A DNA stretch of 64,000 bases, taken from positions 3,680,001-3,744,000 of the forward strand of contig OZ255842.1 of NCBI GenBank assembly GCA_965277805.1, given 5' to 3'. Every line of letters starts with the position of its first letter. Position 1 is the first letter of the stretch. Both the position numbers and the translations under genes were made by a program. The DNA comes from Candidatus Lustribacter sp. (GTDB lineage Bacteria; Vulcanimicrobiota; Vulcanimicrobiia; Vulcanimicrobiales; Vulcanimicrobiaceae). This document shows positions 28,569 through 37,475 of this stretch, in pieces. Under the pieces are notes generated by a model. That model was not told where the DNA came from, ran no database searches, and was given only the letters and a program-made list of their open reading frames with translations.

Positions 28569-29692
28569 TTTGGCGTGGAACCCAAGATCGCGGCCATGCG
28601 CTCGCCGACCCGGCTCATACCGTCCACCACGCCGATGTCGGCGCCGGGGGCGGTGCCATATTCCAGGAACGGCACGTACTCGCGCGTGTGATCGCTCCCG
28701 GGGGCCGTCGGGTCACACCCGTGATCGGCGGTGAAAATGAGACCATCTCCCGGACGTATGCGCTCTAAGATGGCGGGGATCATTCCGTCCAGTCGTTCGA
28801 GGGCGTCGGCGTAGCCGCGGACATTGCGCCGGTGGCCGTATTTCGAGTCGAAATCGTTCAGGTTCACGAATACCAATCCATGGTCGAGCCCGTCCGCGAT
28901 CTGCAGGGCTTGCTCGACACCTTCGGTGTTGTCGGCAACGCGGATCGAGTCAACGATGCCGTGACCGCAGTAGATATCACAAATTTTACCGACGGCGTGG
29001 ATAGGGACGCCGTCGGCAGCAATGCGGTCGAGGATCGAGGGCGGGGGATCAACGGCATAATCACGTCGGTTTGCGGTGCGGGTATACCCACCGGGCGGTC
29101 CGGTAAACGGGCGCGCGATCACGCGATTAACCTCGTGCGGGCGCACGAGCATGGCCCGCGCCTTCTCGCACCAATCGTAGAGCGTTGCAAGCGGTACAGT
29201 ATCTTCGTGACACGCGACTTGGAACACGGAATCGGCTGACGTGTACAGGATCGGGCGGCCGGTTCGCTGGTGCTCCTCGCCCATTTCGGCGATGATTTCC
29301 GTACCGGAAGCCGGGATATTTCCGAGCGGCGGTTTGCCGGTGATGGCGCTGAATGCCTCGACGACCTCCGGCGGAAAGCCGTTGGGATACGTGGGAAACG
29401 GAATCTCCGTCACAATCCCAGCCATTTCCCAATGCCCCGTGATTGTGTCTTTGCCACGTGATTTCTCACGCAAACGGCCCACCGCACCAGCTGGATGATC
29501 GACCGCAGCGACCCCACGGATCGTCGTCGTGCGACCCAACCCAAGGCGCTCGAAGTTCGGCATATGCAAGCCGCCGACGCGTTCGGCGACATTACCGATC
29601 GTGTTAGCTTTCGGTGCATCACCGAAGCTCGCCGCATCGGGTAAAGCGCCCACGCCGGCTGAGTCCATTACGAAAGCGAGCACCCGCGGCAT
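28565..29692 (-). CDS. deoB: Phosphopentomutase
   Basis: VMDSAGVGALPDA, SRGKDTITGHWE, YTSADSVFQ, RVIARPF, DSKYGHRR, TADHGCDP...DHTREYVP. Confidence 0.95.
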   Translation of the reverse strand: MPRVLAFVMDSAGVGALPDAASFGDAPKANTIGNVAERVGGLHMPNFERLGLGRTTTIRGVAAVDHPAGAVGRLREKSRGKDTITGHWEMAGIVTEIPFPTYPNGFPPEVVEAFSAITGKPPLGNIPASGTEIIAEMGEEHQRTGRPILYTSADSVFQVACHEDTVPLATLYDWCEKARAMLVRPHEVNRVIARPFTGPPGGYTRTANRRDYAVDPPPSILDRIAADGVPIHAVGKICDIYCGHGIVDSIRVADNTEGVEQALQIADGLDHGLVFVNLNDFDSKYGHRRNVRGYADALERLDGMIPAILERIRPGDGLIFTADHGCDPTAPGSDHTREYVPFLEYGTAPGADIGVVDGMSRVGERMAAILGSTPK

Positions 29693-29713
29693 AGCAAAAT
29701 CCGGTTCTGTCCT

Positions 29714-29757
29714 CGCAGGACCGTCCCTCCCCTATGCGTGAACGCGCAGGACAGTCC
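29714..29757. promoter_or_regulatory. Twin palindromic operator-like sites CGCAGGACnGTCC in the divergent deoB / LptD-like intergenic region
   Basis: cgcaggaccgtcc at 29714-29726 and cgcaggacagtcc at 29745-29757; 12/13 identical, 31 bp apart, core GGAC-n-GTCC is palindromic. Confidence 0.35.
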
Positions 29758-29759
29758 TA

Positions 29760-31529
29760 ATGCGATTTTTCTTTTTATGCCTCTTCGTTTCGGTTTTGGC
29801 GCTGCTCGTCCCCAATTTTGCGGCTGCCGCCGACGACATCCGGAGCATCGAGTTGCGCGCGAACGTGGTCGACTTTTATAGCAACCGCTATATCTTGACG
29901 GCCGATGGGAACGTCAGCGCGCGTCTCACCGACGGCACGATGGTTACCGGCGACACGTTTACGATGGATCTTAAGCTGAATCGCTTCATGATCGCCGGCA
30001 ACGTGCATCTCGACGGGCCGCACATCCATGCGATGGGGGCGGCCTTTGCCGGATTCCCCGACATCTCGCGTGATTATATGGTGACCGAAGGTGACGTACC
30101 CGACCGTTATACCTATTACGGCGTCGATTTCAGCGATCCACACCCCGGGCGCCAGCAACCCGGCGACGCCTTCTACTTCCCCGATTTGAGCGGCGAGCGG
30201 CCCTACATCGTCTCGAACAGCGCGACGATCTTTCTCAAGAACAACCTCGAGTTTCCGGTCGGCGCGCGAATCCTCGTGCTCGGCGTGTACATTCCGACGC
30301 CGGGCTACGTCGTCAACTATTCATCGAACCCGAACTTCTACCAGAACGCGTTTGCGGGCGCGACGCTCGACATCGGCGTTCCGTTCAAAGCCGCGGCCGA
30401 TGCCATGTCGGCCGGGCACATTCGCTACGATCCGTACCGCGGCTGGTATACCGCCTTCGATCAGCACTTCGTGCACAATCTCGACTACGCGGTGTTGTCG
30501 GTCGATCCGGTCACGCAAACGCAGCGTCAGTACAATGCGATCTTCTACAAGCGGCTCTCGCCGGCGGTGGAAGCGCGCACGTTCTTTCAGCTCTCGGCGG
30601 ACTCGCAAGGACTGAGCCAGCCGGTCAGCGCGGCGAGCTACTGGAACTTCGCGATGAACGCGAAGGTCGGGAAGTACGCCGTCGGCTTGAACACCGATCA
30701 GTACAACAACAACCTGCTTTCCGGCGGTGCCGTGACGACCGATCCGTTCGGCGTGGTGCAAGCGAGCCATCCGTTCGACGCGACGCTCTCGGTGCAGAGT
30801 TACGAAGATGAGTTTAAGCTCTTCCGCTATCTCGGGGTGCCGGTCAAGTTTCAGTATCGCGGCGGCTACGGGTACAACTACAATTCCTACGGTCTCGCCA
30901 CGCTAGGCCCAGGTGCGCTGGATTTGCCGCCTGATTTCAACGGCGTTACCTACAACGCGATTTTCAACACGTATCTCGGCGTGACGGCGTACACGTCGTC
31001 GATGCGGGTCGCAAAGCAGCTTTCGATCTCGGCGAAAGCCGACCGGCTGGAGACCTGGTATAACTCGGGACATCACATCGTGACCACCGACGTGTCGACC
31101 ACGCTCGCGCGCACGCCGCTCTCGGTCAAGCTGCCCGCGTTTCTGCTGACGTACGACGTCCTGAACATCGGCGACTTTTGGGGCGCGAATCAGCTCACGG
31201 CCTACGTGCCGGCAGCCGATGTGTTCGTAGGGCCGTACGGGACGTTCTCGGGATTGTCGGCGTTTCGCGGCTTCGCGACCTCGCGCAGCCTGTCGGGCTC
31301 GATGGTCTACACGCCGACGCCGTTCTTCGCACTCAACTTGACGATGCAGAACTTCAACGTGTCGCCGGCACCGGTGCCCGGCCTCGGCGGACAAGCGCCC
31401 AACCAGTTCACGGCCGACGTACGCGTGCGGCTCAGTCACAACATTCTCGTCGACGTCTCGCGTACGTACTTCTTCAACTGGGCCGGCGAAGGCTGGGCGC
31501 CGCAGTACGGGGTCCAGTTCTCGCCATGA
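29760..31529 (+). CDS. LptD/OstA-like outer-membrane protein, copy 1
   Basis: Signal peptide; OstA-like N-terminus (LTADGNV...GD...DL...AGNV); aromatic-rich amphipathic beta strands; C-terminus QYGVQFSP resembles a beta-signal. Confidence 0.55.
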   Translation: MRFFFLCLFVSVLALLVPNFAAAADDIRSIELRANVVDFYSNRYILTADGNVSARLTDGTMVTGDTFTMDLKLNRFMIAGNVHLDGPHIHAMGAAFAGFPDISRDYMVTEGDVPDRYTYYGVDFSDPHPGRQQPGDAFYFPDLSGERPYIVSNSATIFLKNNLEFPVGARILVLGVYIPTPGYVVNYSSNPNFYQNAFAGATLDIGVPFKAAADAMSAGHIRYDPYRGWYTAFDQHFVHNLDYAVLSVDPVTQTQRQYNAIFYKRLSPAVEARTFFQLSADSQGLSQPVSAASYWNFAMNAKVGKYAVGLNTDQYNNNLLSGGAVTTDPFGVVQASHPFDATLSVQSYEDEFKLFRYLGVPVKFQYRGGYGYNYNSYGLATLGPGALDLPPDFNGVTYNAIFNTYLGVTAYTSSMRVAKQLSISAKADRLETWYNSGHHIVTTDVSTTLARTPLSVKLPAFLLTYDVLNIGDFWGANQLTAYVPAADVFVGPYGTFSGLSAFRGFATSRSLSGSMVYTPTPFFALNLTMQNFNVSPAPVPGLGGQAPNQFTADVRVRLSHNILVDVSRTYFFNWAGEGWAPQYGVQFSP

Positions 31530-32533
31530 TCAAGTCGCTCTCTTCATTCATCCTCGTGCTTGCAATTGCGGCCAGCGCTGCGAACGCGCAATCGACTCCT
31601 CCGCCGCAGGTGAATCCGATGTCTACGCCGGCGCCGAATGTTCAAGGAATCCCGACGCCGCCGGCGGTTCCAACCGCGCCGCCCGTTGCAACTCCGTCGC
31701 CCGCGTTGACCGCAACGCCTGCGGCCGCTGCTCCGCCGACCGCGGCGGCTTCGGGCGCTCCTACGCCGCCGTCGAATCTCGTGAAGTACGTGGGGCAGTT
31801 GCTCGACTACCGCAACAACTACGTCTACTTCACGTCGGGCGATGCGTTCCCGGTGATCGAATTGCCGCGCATTCTCGACTACATGACGAGCCAGCCGACG
31901 TCGGTTCGGCCGCGCGCCAAGATGTTCGCGCAAGCCGTGTTCGACCCGACGACCAAAAAGATCATCGAGCTCGACATCACGACGCACCGTTTGGTGATGT
32001 CGCAAACGCTCGGCCCGGCGAGCGCGTACGTCGTCGCAAAATCGACGCCGGCGGCGGCACCGGAGATCGCCGGTCAAGCCATCACCGGCAAGCAAGTCGC
32101 GGTCGTGTTCGAAGTGACGGTGCCGCCGACCACCAACTTCACCGATAGCGTCTACATATCGACCGACTCGAGCGACTGGAACCCGACCGCGATCAAGCTC
32201 GATCGCGTCGATGCATACAAGTATCGCGCGCTGCGGTATTTCGCATCAGGCACAAAGTTCGCGTATCGCGTCACGCGCGGCAGCTGGAATTCTGTCGAGC
32301 GCGGCGAGGACAACCTCGATACTCCGCCACACCAATTCTTCGTGCGCGAAGTCGACTCGCTCGCCGCGCGCGTGACCGTGTACCACTGGTCGGACGAGCG
32401 CGGTTCCTCGCTCGGCACCGGGCCCAACTCGATTCCGACGCCGTACAATCCGAGCCCGTTCGGCGGCGGCCCCGGCGGCATCGCGGTGCCGCAAGTCCCG
32501 ATCCGCCCGACACCGCCGCCCGGACATCAATAG
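31526..32533 (+). CDS. Secreted Pro/Thr/Ala-rich protein with a C-terminal CBM20-like domain
   Basis: Start reassigned to ATG 31526 (MIKSLSSF, ATGA overlap); VVFEVTVPPTT...VYIS...WNP...FAYRVTRGSWNSVE...VTVYHWSD. Confidence 0.7.
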   Translation: MIKSLSSFILVLAIAASAANAQSTPPPQVNPMSTPAPNVQGIPTPPAVPTAPPVATPSPALTATPAAAAPPTAAASGAPTPPSNLVKYVGQLLDYRNNYVYFTSGDAFPVIELPRILDYMTSQPTSVRPRAKMFAQAVFDPTTKKIIELDITTHRLVMSQTLGPASAYVVAKSTPAAAPEIAGQAITGKQVAVVFEVTVPPTTNFTDSVYISTDSSDWNPTAIKLDRVDAYKYRALRYFASGTKFAYRVTRGSWNSVERGEDNLDTPPHQFFVREVDSLAARVTVYHWSDERGSSLGTGPNSIPTPYNPSPFGGGPGGIAVPQVPIRPTPPPGHQ

Positions 32534-34108
32534 GTGCGGACGCGAGCGCTCATCGGCGCGCTTGCGCTCCTCACGCTCTGGCCGCTCTCCGCGCCGGCAA
32601 AGCCCATCGCGGAGATCCGCGGCGGCAGCGTGCTCTTCTACAACGACGCGCTCGCGCTCGTGGTGCGCGACGGCATCCGCGCGGAGCTCGCCAACGGCGC
32701 GCACATCACGGCCACGGCGGCCTACGTCGATTTGCGTTCGGATCGCGCGGTGTTCGCCGGCAATGTGGAGTTCGTGCGCGGAGCGTTGACGCTTCGCGCC
32801 GATGCCATCGCGCTCGATTTCCCCGGCCGCAAGATCGACGTGCTGCGCAACGATACCGGCATCATGCAGACGGACCTTTCGCTCGCAGCGCTGCGGGCCT
32901 CGCCGCGCGATGGCGCCGCGTTTGAGTTTCCCGAGCTCGCCGACAACCATGCCTACATCCGCGCGCGGCGAGCGGAGATCGTCTCGCGCACGAGCGTGCG
33001 CTTTCGGCCGGCGGCGTTTCCCACGTCCAAAGGCGCGCCGCCGGTGCCGATGTACCTCTACACGTTTGCGGCCGGCAACGGCTACGCCGCGACCGCGCTC
33101 TCGTCGGCGGCGTTCGATCAGCCCTACGGTTTGGTTTCCACGCCCAACGCGCTGACCGCGCTGCACTTGCGCTACCTCAACGGCGAGGGCGCTTCGCTCG
33201 GCATCGAGCAGAACATCATCGACAACAACGACGGGTTTCTCGCCGGTGCGGTCGATGTGCCGGTGCACGCAGCGATCGACGAAGGTCTCAACGGCTATCG
33301 CCGGTTGGGCGAAGACGGCACGGTCTCGCTCGGCGCGACGACCGACGACGGCTTCCATCAGGCAACGCTCGGCTTCACGCAGGCGATCGGCACGCTCGTG
33401 AGCCGGCTGAACTACGGCATCACGAATCTCGGCGCGTCGAGCGCCCTGCTCTCGCTGCGTACGCGCGATCATCGCCTCTTCGACGGCTTCACCTGGCACA
33501 CGAGCGTGAACTTTGGCTTTCTCGCGCAGGACGGCGGCGTGTATCCGCTGGCGCCGAGTCCGGCGCAAGTGCAGACGGTGTGGCAGAAAGGCCTCGACGT
33601 GTTCGTCGCCTCTCCGGTCGTGGCGGGACCGCTGCGCACGACGCTCTCCGCAACAGTCGACGCCTCGCGCACCGCTTACTCCTACGGCGCGCACAATTAC
33701 AACGCGCTCGAAACGAACGTCACCGGATCGCGGCGGCTGAGCCGGACGATGACGCTCTTCTTCGGCTACGACACGCGCTGGTCGGCCGACATCTTTCCGA
33801 ACGCGCAGACGATCTTCTATCCGCCGCTGCCGACCGACTACGGCTACGCGGGATACGCGATCGGGCGCCTCGCAAACATCGACGTGCAGTACGTGCAAGG
33901 GCCGTACACCTCGGTGCGGCTCTCCTACCGTAAGGCCGACGACTTTCCGCAAGTGAACTTCTTCGCCGGCCGGCCGCCGAACGAAGTGCACGCGGATTTG
34001 CGCATCCGGATCGCGCCGAACATCGGCTTCAGCTTCGGCCGCTCGTACGACTTCGGCTGGAACGGCTCGCGCTGGGTCCCCGGCTGGAACTTCTCGGTGT
34101 TCCAATGA
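32534..34108 (+). CDS. LptD/OstA-like outer-membrane protein, copy 2
   Basis: Signal peptide; DL...FAGNVEF; shares F.FP.L...YI and PN...AD.R.R...N.....R.Y.F.W with copy 1; ends WNFSVFQ. Confidence 0.55.
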   Translation: MRTRALIGALALLTLWPLSAPAKPIAEIRGGSVLFYNDALALVVRDGIRAELANGAHITATAAYVDLRSDRAVFAGNVEFVRGALTLRADAIALDFPGRKIDVLRNDTGIMQTDLSLAALRASPRDGAAFEFPELADNHAYIRARRAEIVSRTSVRFRPAAFPTSKGAPPVPMYLYTFAAGNGYAATALSSAAFDQPYGLVSTPNALTALHLRYLNGEGASLGIEQNIIDNNDGFLAGAVDVPVHAAIDEGLNGYRRLGEDGTVSLGATTDDGFHQATLGFTQAIGTLVSRLNYGITNLGASSALLSLRTRDHRLFDGFTWHTSVNFGFLAQDGGVYPLAPSPAQVQTVWQKGLDVFVASPVVAGPLRTTLSATVDASRTAYSYGAHNYNALETNVTGSRRLSRTMTLFFGYDTRWSADIFPNAQTIFYPPLPTDYGYAGYAIGRLANIDVQYVQGPYTSVRLSYRKADDFPQVNFFAGRPPNEVHADLRIRIAPNIGFSFGRSYDFGWNGSRWVPGWNFSVFQ

Positions 34109-34689
34109 TCGCCGCAGCCGTATTAGCGGCAGTGCTGAGTTACCGCGTCGTTCCGCTCGCGTGTACGGCGAGCGGGCTGTCGATTTCCGGCGGCGGGGTG
34201 CTGCGTGTTTCGCCGCAGGGTTCGTGCACAGATGTCATCCCTGGACGCGCGATCTCGGTGACGCTCGACGATCAAACGCGCGTCATCCCCGGGAAACTCG
34301 ATCCGGCGTCGCATCCGGCAGGCGACCTACCGGCCGCGGCGTTTTCGTTCGCGCCGTCATCGGCGGCTGCACCGGAAGCCAAGCAAGTGACGATTACGAT
34401 CATCGTCGCGATCCCACCGTCGACGCCGGCCGGCAGCGACATCTATCTCTCAACGGAACGCAGCAGTTTCAATCCTGCGGAAATCCGCATGGATCAGCTC
34501 GACGCGCGCCGCTACCGTCTGCAACTCCCGCTCGAAGAAGGCGGCCGCCTCGCCTTCCGCGTCACCCGCGGCAGTTTCACGACCATCGAACGCGATGCCA
34601 AAGGCCGCCTTCCGCCTCCGCACATCGCCGTCGGCACGCCCAATGCCGTCTACACGATCACTGTCGAAGCCTGGAGCGACGACACCTAA
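34105..34689 (+). CDS. Small secreted protein with a CBM20-like domain
   Basis: VTITIIVAIPPSTP..SDIYLS...FNP...LAFRVTRGSFTTIERD...ITVEAWSD; paralog of the 31526 C-terminus; ATGA overlap. Confidence 0.7.
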   Translation: MIAAAVLAAVLSYRVVPLACTASGLSISGGGVLRVSPQGSCTDVIPGRAISVTLDDQTRVIPGKLDPASHPAGDLPAAAFSFAPSSAAAPEAKQVTITIIVAIPPSTPAGSDIYLSTERSSFNPAEIRMDQLDARRYRLQLPLEEGGRLAFRVTRGSFTTIERDAKGRLPPPHIAVGTPNAVYTITVEAWSDDT

Positions 34690-35600
34690 CCGGCGAGCTC
34701 CAACGCTTCCTGTTCGAGCAAATTACAGTTCAGCGTAATTGCCGCTTCAGCGCCGCTCGCCGCGGAAATGACGATCTGGTGCCGCGCGGTGACTGCGTCT
34801 CCCGCAGCGTAACAGCCCGGCACCGACGTCCTGGAATGCTCGTCGACAACGACGTTGCCATCGGCTCCGATCGTGCATCCTAAGGCCGCGAACAATGGCG
34901 AGTGCTGGCGGAGCGGCGCGCTGATGAACAGTGCCTGGCACGCGTCGTCAGCGCCGTTTTGGAACGATAGCCCGATCGGCGAGCAATCCGGTCCGGATAA
35001 GGCGACGATCGTTCCGACGCGAAGTGCCGCGCGCGCGGCCCCGATCCAGCGGCGATCTTGATCGCTCAGATCGTCGCGTTCGACACAGACGATCAGATCG
35101 TTCGTCCAGCCGTGGAGTTCTTGCGCGAGTTCAACCGCATCACGGCCCTTGCCGTAGACCGCGATGCGCTGATCGCGGACCTCCCAGCCGTCACAGAAGG
35201 GACAGACGAAGACCGATTTTCCCCAACGCTCCGTCAAGCCGTCGATCTTCGGAAGAACGTCGTAAACACCGGTTGCCAGAATCAACCGTTTGCCGGCCAC
35301 CTGCGTCTTCGACGCCGCGGTCACGACGAATCTCTCGTCTCGCAACGACGCCGCCACCGCCGTTTCCTGGAGTAGTTCTACCGTGGGATAGGCCGCGAGT
35401 TCGGCCCGAGCCATGCGAACCAAGTCGGCCGGGTGGACTCCGTCGCGGGTGAGGAAGCCGTGCGAAACCTCGACGACGGAATTTCGGGGCCGGCCATCGT
35501 CGATGACCAACACGGTGCGGCGAGCTCGGCCCAAGAGCAGTGCTGCACTTAGGCCGGCCGCGCCGCCGCCGACGATCAGAGCGTCGTAGAGCTTGTTTAC
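34686..35600 (-). CDS. Thioredoxin reductase-like NAD(P)/FAD-dependent oxidoreductase (start codon non-canonical or lost)
   Basis: The frame continues upstream of the tracked TTG as (V)NKLYDALIVGGGAAGLSAALLLGRARR; LILATG, CPFCDGWE, TSVPGCYAAGD. Confidence 0.85.
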   Translation of the reverse strand, partial: VNKLYDALIVGGGAAGLSAALLLGRARRTVLVIDDGRPRNSVVEVSHGFLTRDGVHPADLVRMARAELAAYPTVELLQETAVAASLRDERFVVTAASKTQVAGKRLILATGVYDVLPKIDGLTERWGKSVFVCPFCDGWEVRDQRIAVYGKGRDAVELAQELHGWTNDLIVCVERDDLSDQDRRWIGAARAALRVGTIVALSGPDCSPIGLSFQNGADDACQALFISAPLRQHSPLFAALGCTIGADGNVVVDEHSRTSVPGCYAAGDAVTARHQIVISAASGAEAAITLNCNLLEQEALELAG

Positions 35601-36142
35601 GAGGTGCTCGAATCCGTTTGTTCGAGCGGCGTGCCGGCAACGGCGTGACGCGCGATCTCTTTGCCGTGCTGTTGTGCCGACTCCGTTGCGGTTGAGAGCG
35701 TATCGTTCAGAATGCTCTTGCCGGCTTCGATGGCTTCGTCGACCGCGTTCTGCGCGCGGCCGGCAATTTCGTCGGTAATCGGCCCAATGCGCCGGCGCTC
35801 GAGATCGCTTGCGGGCACGAGAAGACCGCCGAGGAGACCGAGTGCCAACGCACCAAGCGCCAAACCTAACGGATTCTCCACCGCCATCGATACCGCGTGC
35901 CGCGTGGAATCGGCGGCATCGGAGAGCTGCGAACGAGAGCTATCCAGAGCATCGTTCGTGGCCTTTTTCGAGCCCGAAAAGACCCCGCCGATCGTTCCTT
36001 TTACCGATTCAATGCGACCGTTGATATCGTCGCGCACGCGGGCCGGAACGTCGGCTTTATACGCGATTGCGTCGACCGTGTCGCTCATACGATTGCGTGT
36101 CGCCTCTATTTCGCTTTGGATTTGACTTGTGTCTTGGCCCAC
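35597..36142 (-). CDS. DUF3618-type protein
   Basis: Start reassigned to GTG 36142 (GQDTSQIQSEIEATRNRMSDTVDAIAYK); ENPLGLALGALALG TM segment. Confidence 0.75.
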   Translation of the reverse strand: MGQDTSQIQSEIEATRNRMSDTVDAIAYKADVPARVRDDINGRIESVKGTIGGVFSGSKKATNDALDSSRSQLSDAADSTRHAVSMAVENPLGLALGALALGLLGGLLVPASDLERRRIGPITDEIAGRAQNAVDEAIEAGKSILNDTLSTATESAQQHGKEIARHAVAGTPLEQTDSSTS

Positions 36143-36528
36143 GAGATGTCGTCCTTTACAGTTTGAGTGGTTTGTGGAATGAGCGGGGGTTCGGCGTTCG
36201 CCAATTTCCGTTTCCCGTTGAGCACGAGCGCATACGCGACGGCTCCGTAGACAATCGCCACGAGAAGCGCTGCCGCCCACGTTGGAATCACGAGCGCGAG
36301 AACGGCGATGAGAAAGGCGGTGGCAGCGCCGAAGGCGCCTAGGCCGAAGAGCGCGGTGCCGCCGAACGATACGGCGGAGGCGCCGACCGGTTTCGCCTTC
36401 TCCATGATCTCGGCGCGGGCCAACTGCATTTCTTGGCGGACGAGCGTGGCCGTGTCGTTCGATAAATCGCGCAGCAGTTGCGCGATCCCGCGATCGGTAA
36501 GGTCAGCTTCCATAATTGCTTGCGTCAC
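36106..36528 (-). CDS. Holin-X-like (phage_holin_3_6) membrane protein
   Basis: LLRDLSNDTATLVRQEMQLARAE, two TM helices, PQTTQTVKDD; start may be ATG 36513. Confidence 0.8.
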   Translation of the reverse strand: MTQAIMEADLTDRGIAQLLRDLSNDTATLVRQEMQLARAEIMEKAKPVGASAVSFGGTALFGLGAFGAATAFLIAVLALVIPTWAAALLVAIVYGAVAYALVLNGKRKLANAEPPLIPQTTQTVKDDISWAKTQVKSKAK

Positions 36529-36898
36529 GATAGCGTTGTGCGCTCGAAACCTTGAGCACGCGTGAGGCGGCGAATCCGGCCGCTAGAGCAGCGGCGGCGA
36601 CTGCCCACGGGCGTTGGCGCGCAAAGTCCTCGGCATCGCTGATGAGCCGATCGCCGTCGGAGTCCTTGAGGTAGGTGGCGATACGATCGACAAACGCCGC
36701 GCCCCGCTCGGCGAGGTCCGCACTGCCGGGAACCGATTCGTTGCTGCGCAGTTCTTCCGCGATCCGATGCAAGTCACCGGCGGTTGCCGAGATGGTCGTA
36801 CCAAGTTGCGTCGAGCGATCGTCCAATTGCGCGTTGATAAATGACCGGGATTTGCTAGCCGCGCTCGTTGCGACCGATTTGAGATCCGAAGAATCCAT
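36503..36898 (-). CDS. ElaB/YqjD-like tail-anchored stress protein
   Basis: Helical protein ending EDFARQRPWAVAAAALAAGFAASRVLK; AGGGG SD; usual partner of holin-X and DUF3618 genes. Confidence 0.65.
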   Translation of the reverse strand: MDSSDLKSVATSAASKSRSFINAQLDDRSTQLGTTISATAGDLHRIAEELRSNESVPGSADLAERGAAFVDRIATYLKDSDGDRLISDAEDFARQRPWAVAAAALAAGFAASRVLKVSSAQRYRDASNYGS

Positions 36899-36939
36899 GA
36901 CGTCCCCTGTAAGCCGAATGCGAAGAAGTGACGACGATC

Positions 36940-37056
36940 ATTCCCCAATCGAAATAAAACTAAATATTTTCACGGCCGGAGTGTCGACCGGGGGCTGGCA
37001 AGTAGGCGCCGTGTTGGGCGGAGACATCTGGATTGCGCGCGCAACGCAATGGGGTA
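36940..37056. promoter_or_regulatory. Divergent SigB/SigF-type promoter candidates
   Basis: Plus strand GGATT-N17-GGGTA (37030-37056) before ORF 37067; minus strand ATTT-N16-GGGAAT (36965-36940) before ORF 36898. Confidence 0.4.
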
Positions 37057-37066
37057 GGAGGCGCTC

Positions 37067-37375
37067 ATGGATATTCAAGATCTACTGAAGCAAGTCACGT
37101 CCGGCGGAACGTCAGACTCCGTCGCGCAGGCGGCCACCGATCACGTCTCGTCGCTGCCGCCCGCGGAGGTTGCCCAAAATCTCCAAACGGCTGCATCAAA
37201 CGCGTCCGCGAACGGACAGCCGGAGATCGCCAATGAAATCGGCGATCTCATCACGCGCGCCGAATCCGATCCCGAATCGCTGAAAACGGCCGCCATCGCC
37301 TACATCCAGCAAAACCCGCAAGCGCTCGCGCACTTCGCACCATCATTCGCACAAGGCATCCTAAGCAAACTCTAG
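37067..37375 (+). CDS. Small hypothetical protein
   Basis: Strong SD AGGAGG 6 nt before ATG; 102-aa acidic helical protein. Confidence 0.75.
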   Translation: MDIQDLLKQVTSGGTSDSVAQAATDHVSSLPPAEVAQNLQTAASNASANGQPEIANEIGDLITRAESDPESLKTAAIAYIQQNPQALAHFAPSFAQGILSKL

Positions 37376-37377
37376 CA

Positions 37378-37406
37378 GCTGTCATCCCGAGCGCGTAGGC
37401 GCGAGG
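37378..37406 (+). repeat. REP-like repeat, partial copy
   Basis: GCTGTCATCCCGAGC (15/15 identical to 52207-52221) just after the stop at 37375; right arm degenerate. Confidence 0.6.
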
Positions 37407-37475
37407 TGGCTACTCATATCCAACGGCGGGAGCGGGTCGCGAGGGGTTTCTTCTTCTGTCTTACAAGGGGCGGGG

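Noticed and set aside
31590-31775. CCG/ACG-rich pseudo-repeats (also 40830-41020 and 50880-50960) as tandem repeats or CRISPR
   Set aside because: They encode Pro/Ala/Thr linkers; there is no fixed repeat-spacer periodicity.
32246-34105. 619-aa minus-strand ORF over the second LptD-like gene
   Set aside because: Arg-rich antisense shadow of a high-GC coding strand; no motifs.
36106-36528. Holin-like gene as evidence of a prophage
   Set aside because: No endolysin, structural or integrase genes; the holin-X/DUF3618/YqjD context is chromosomal.
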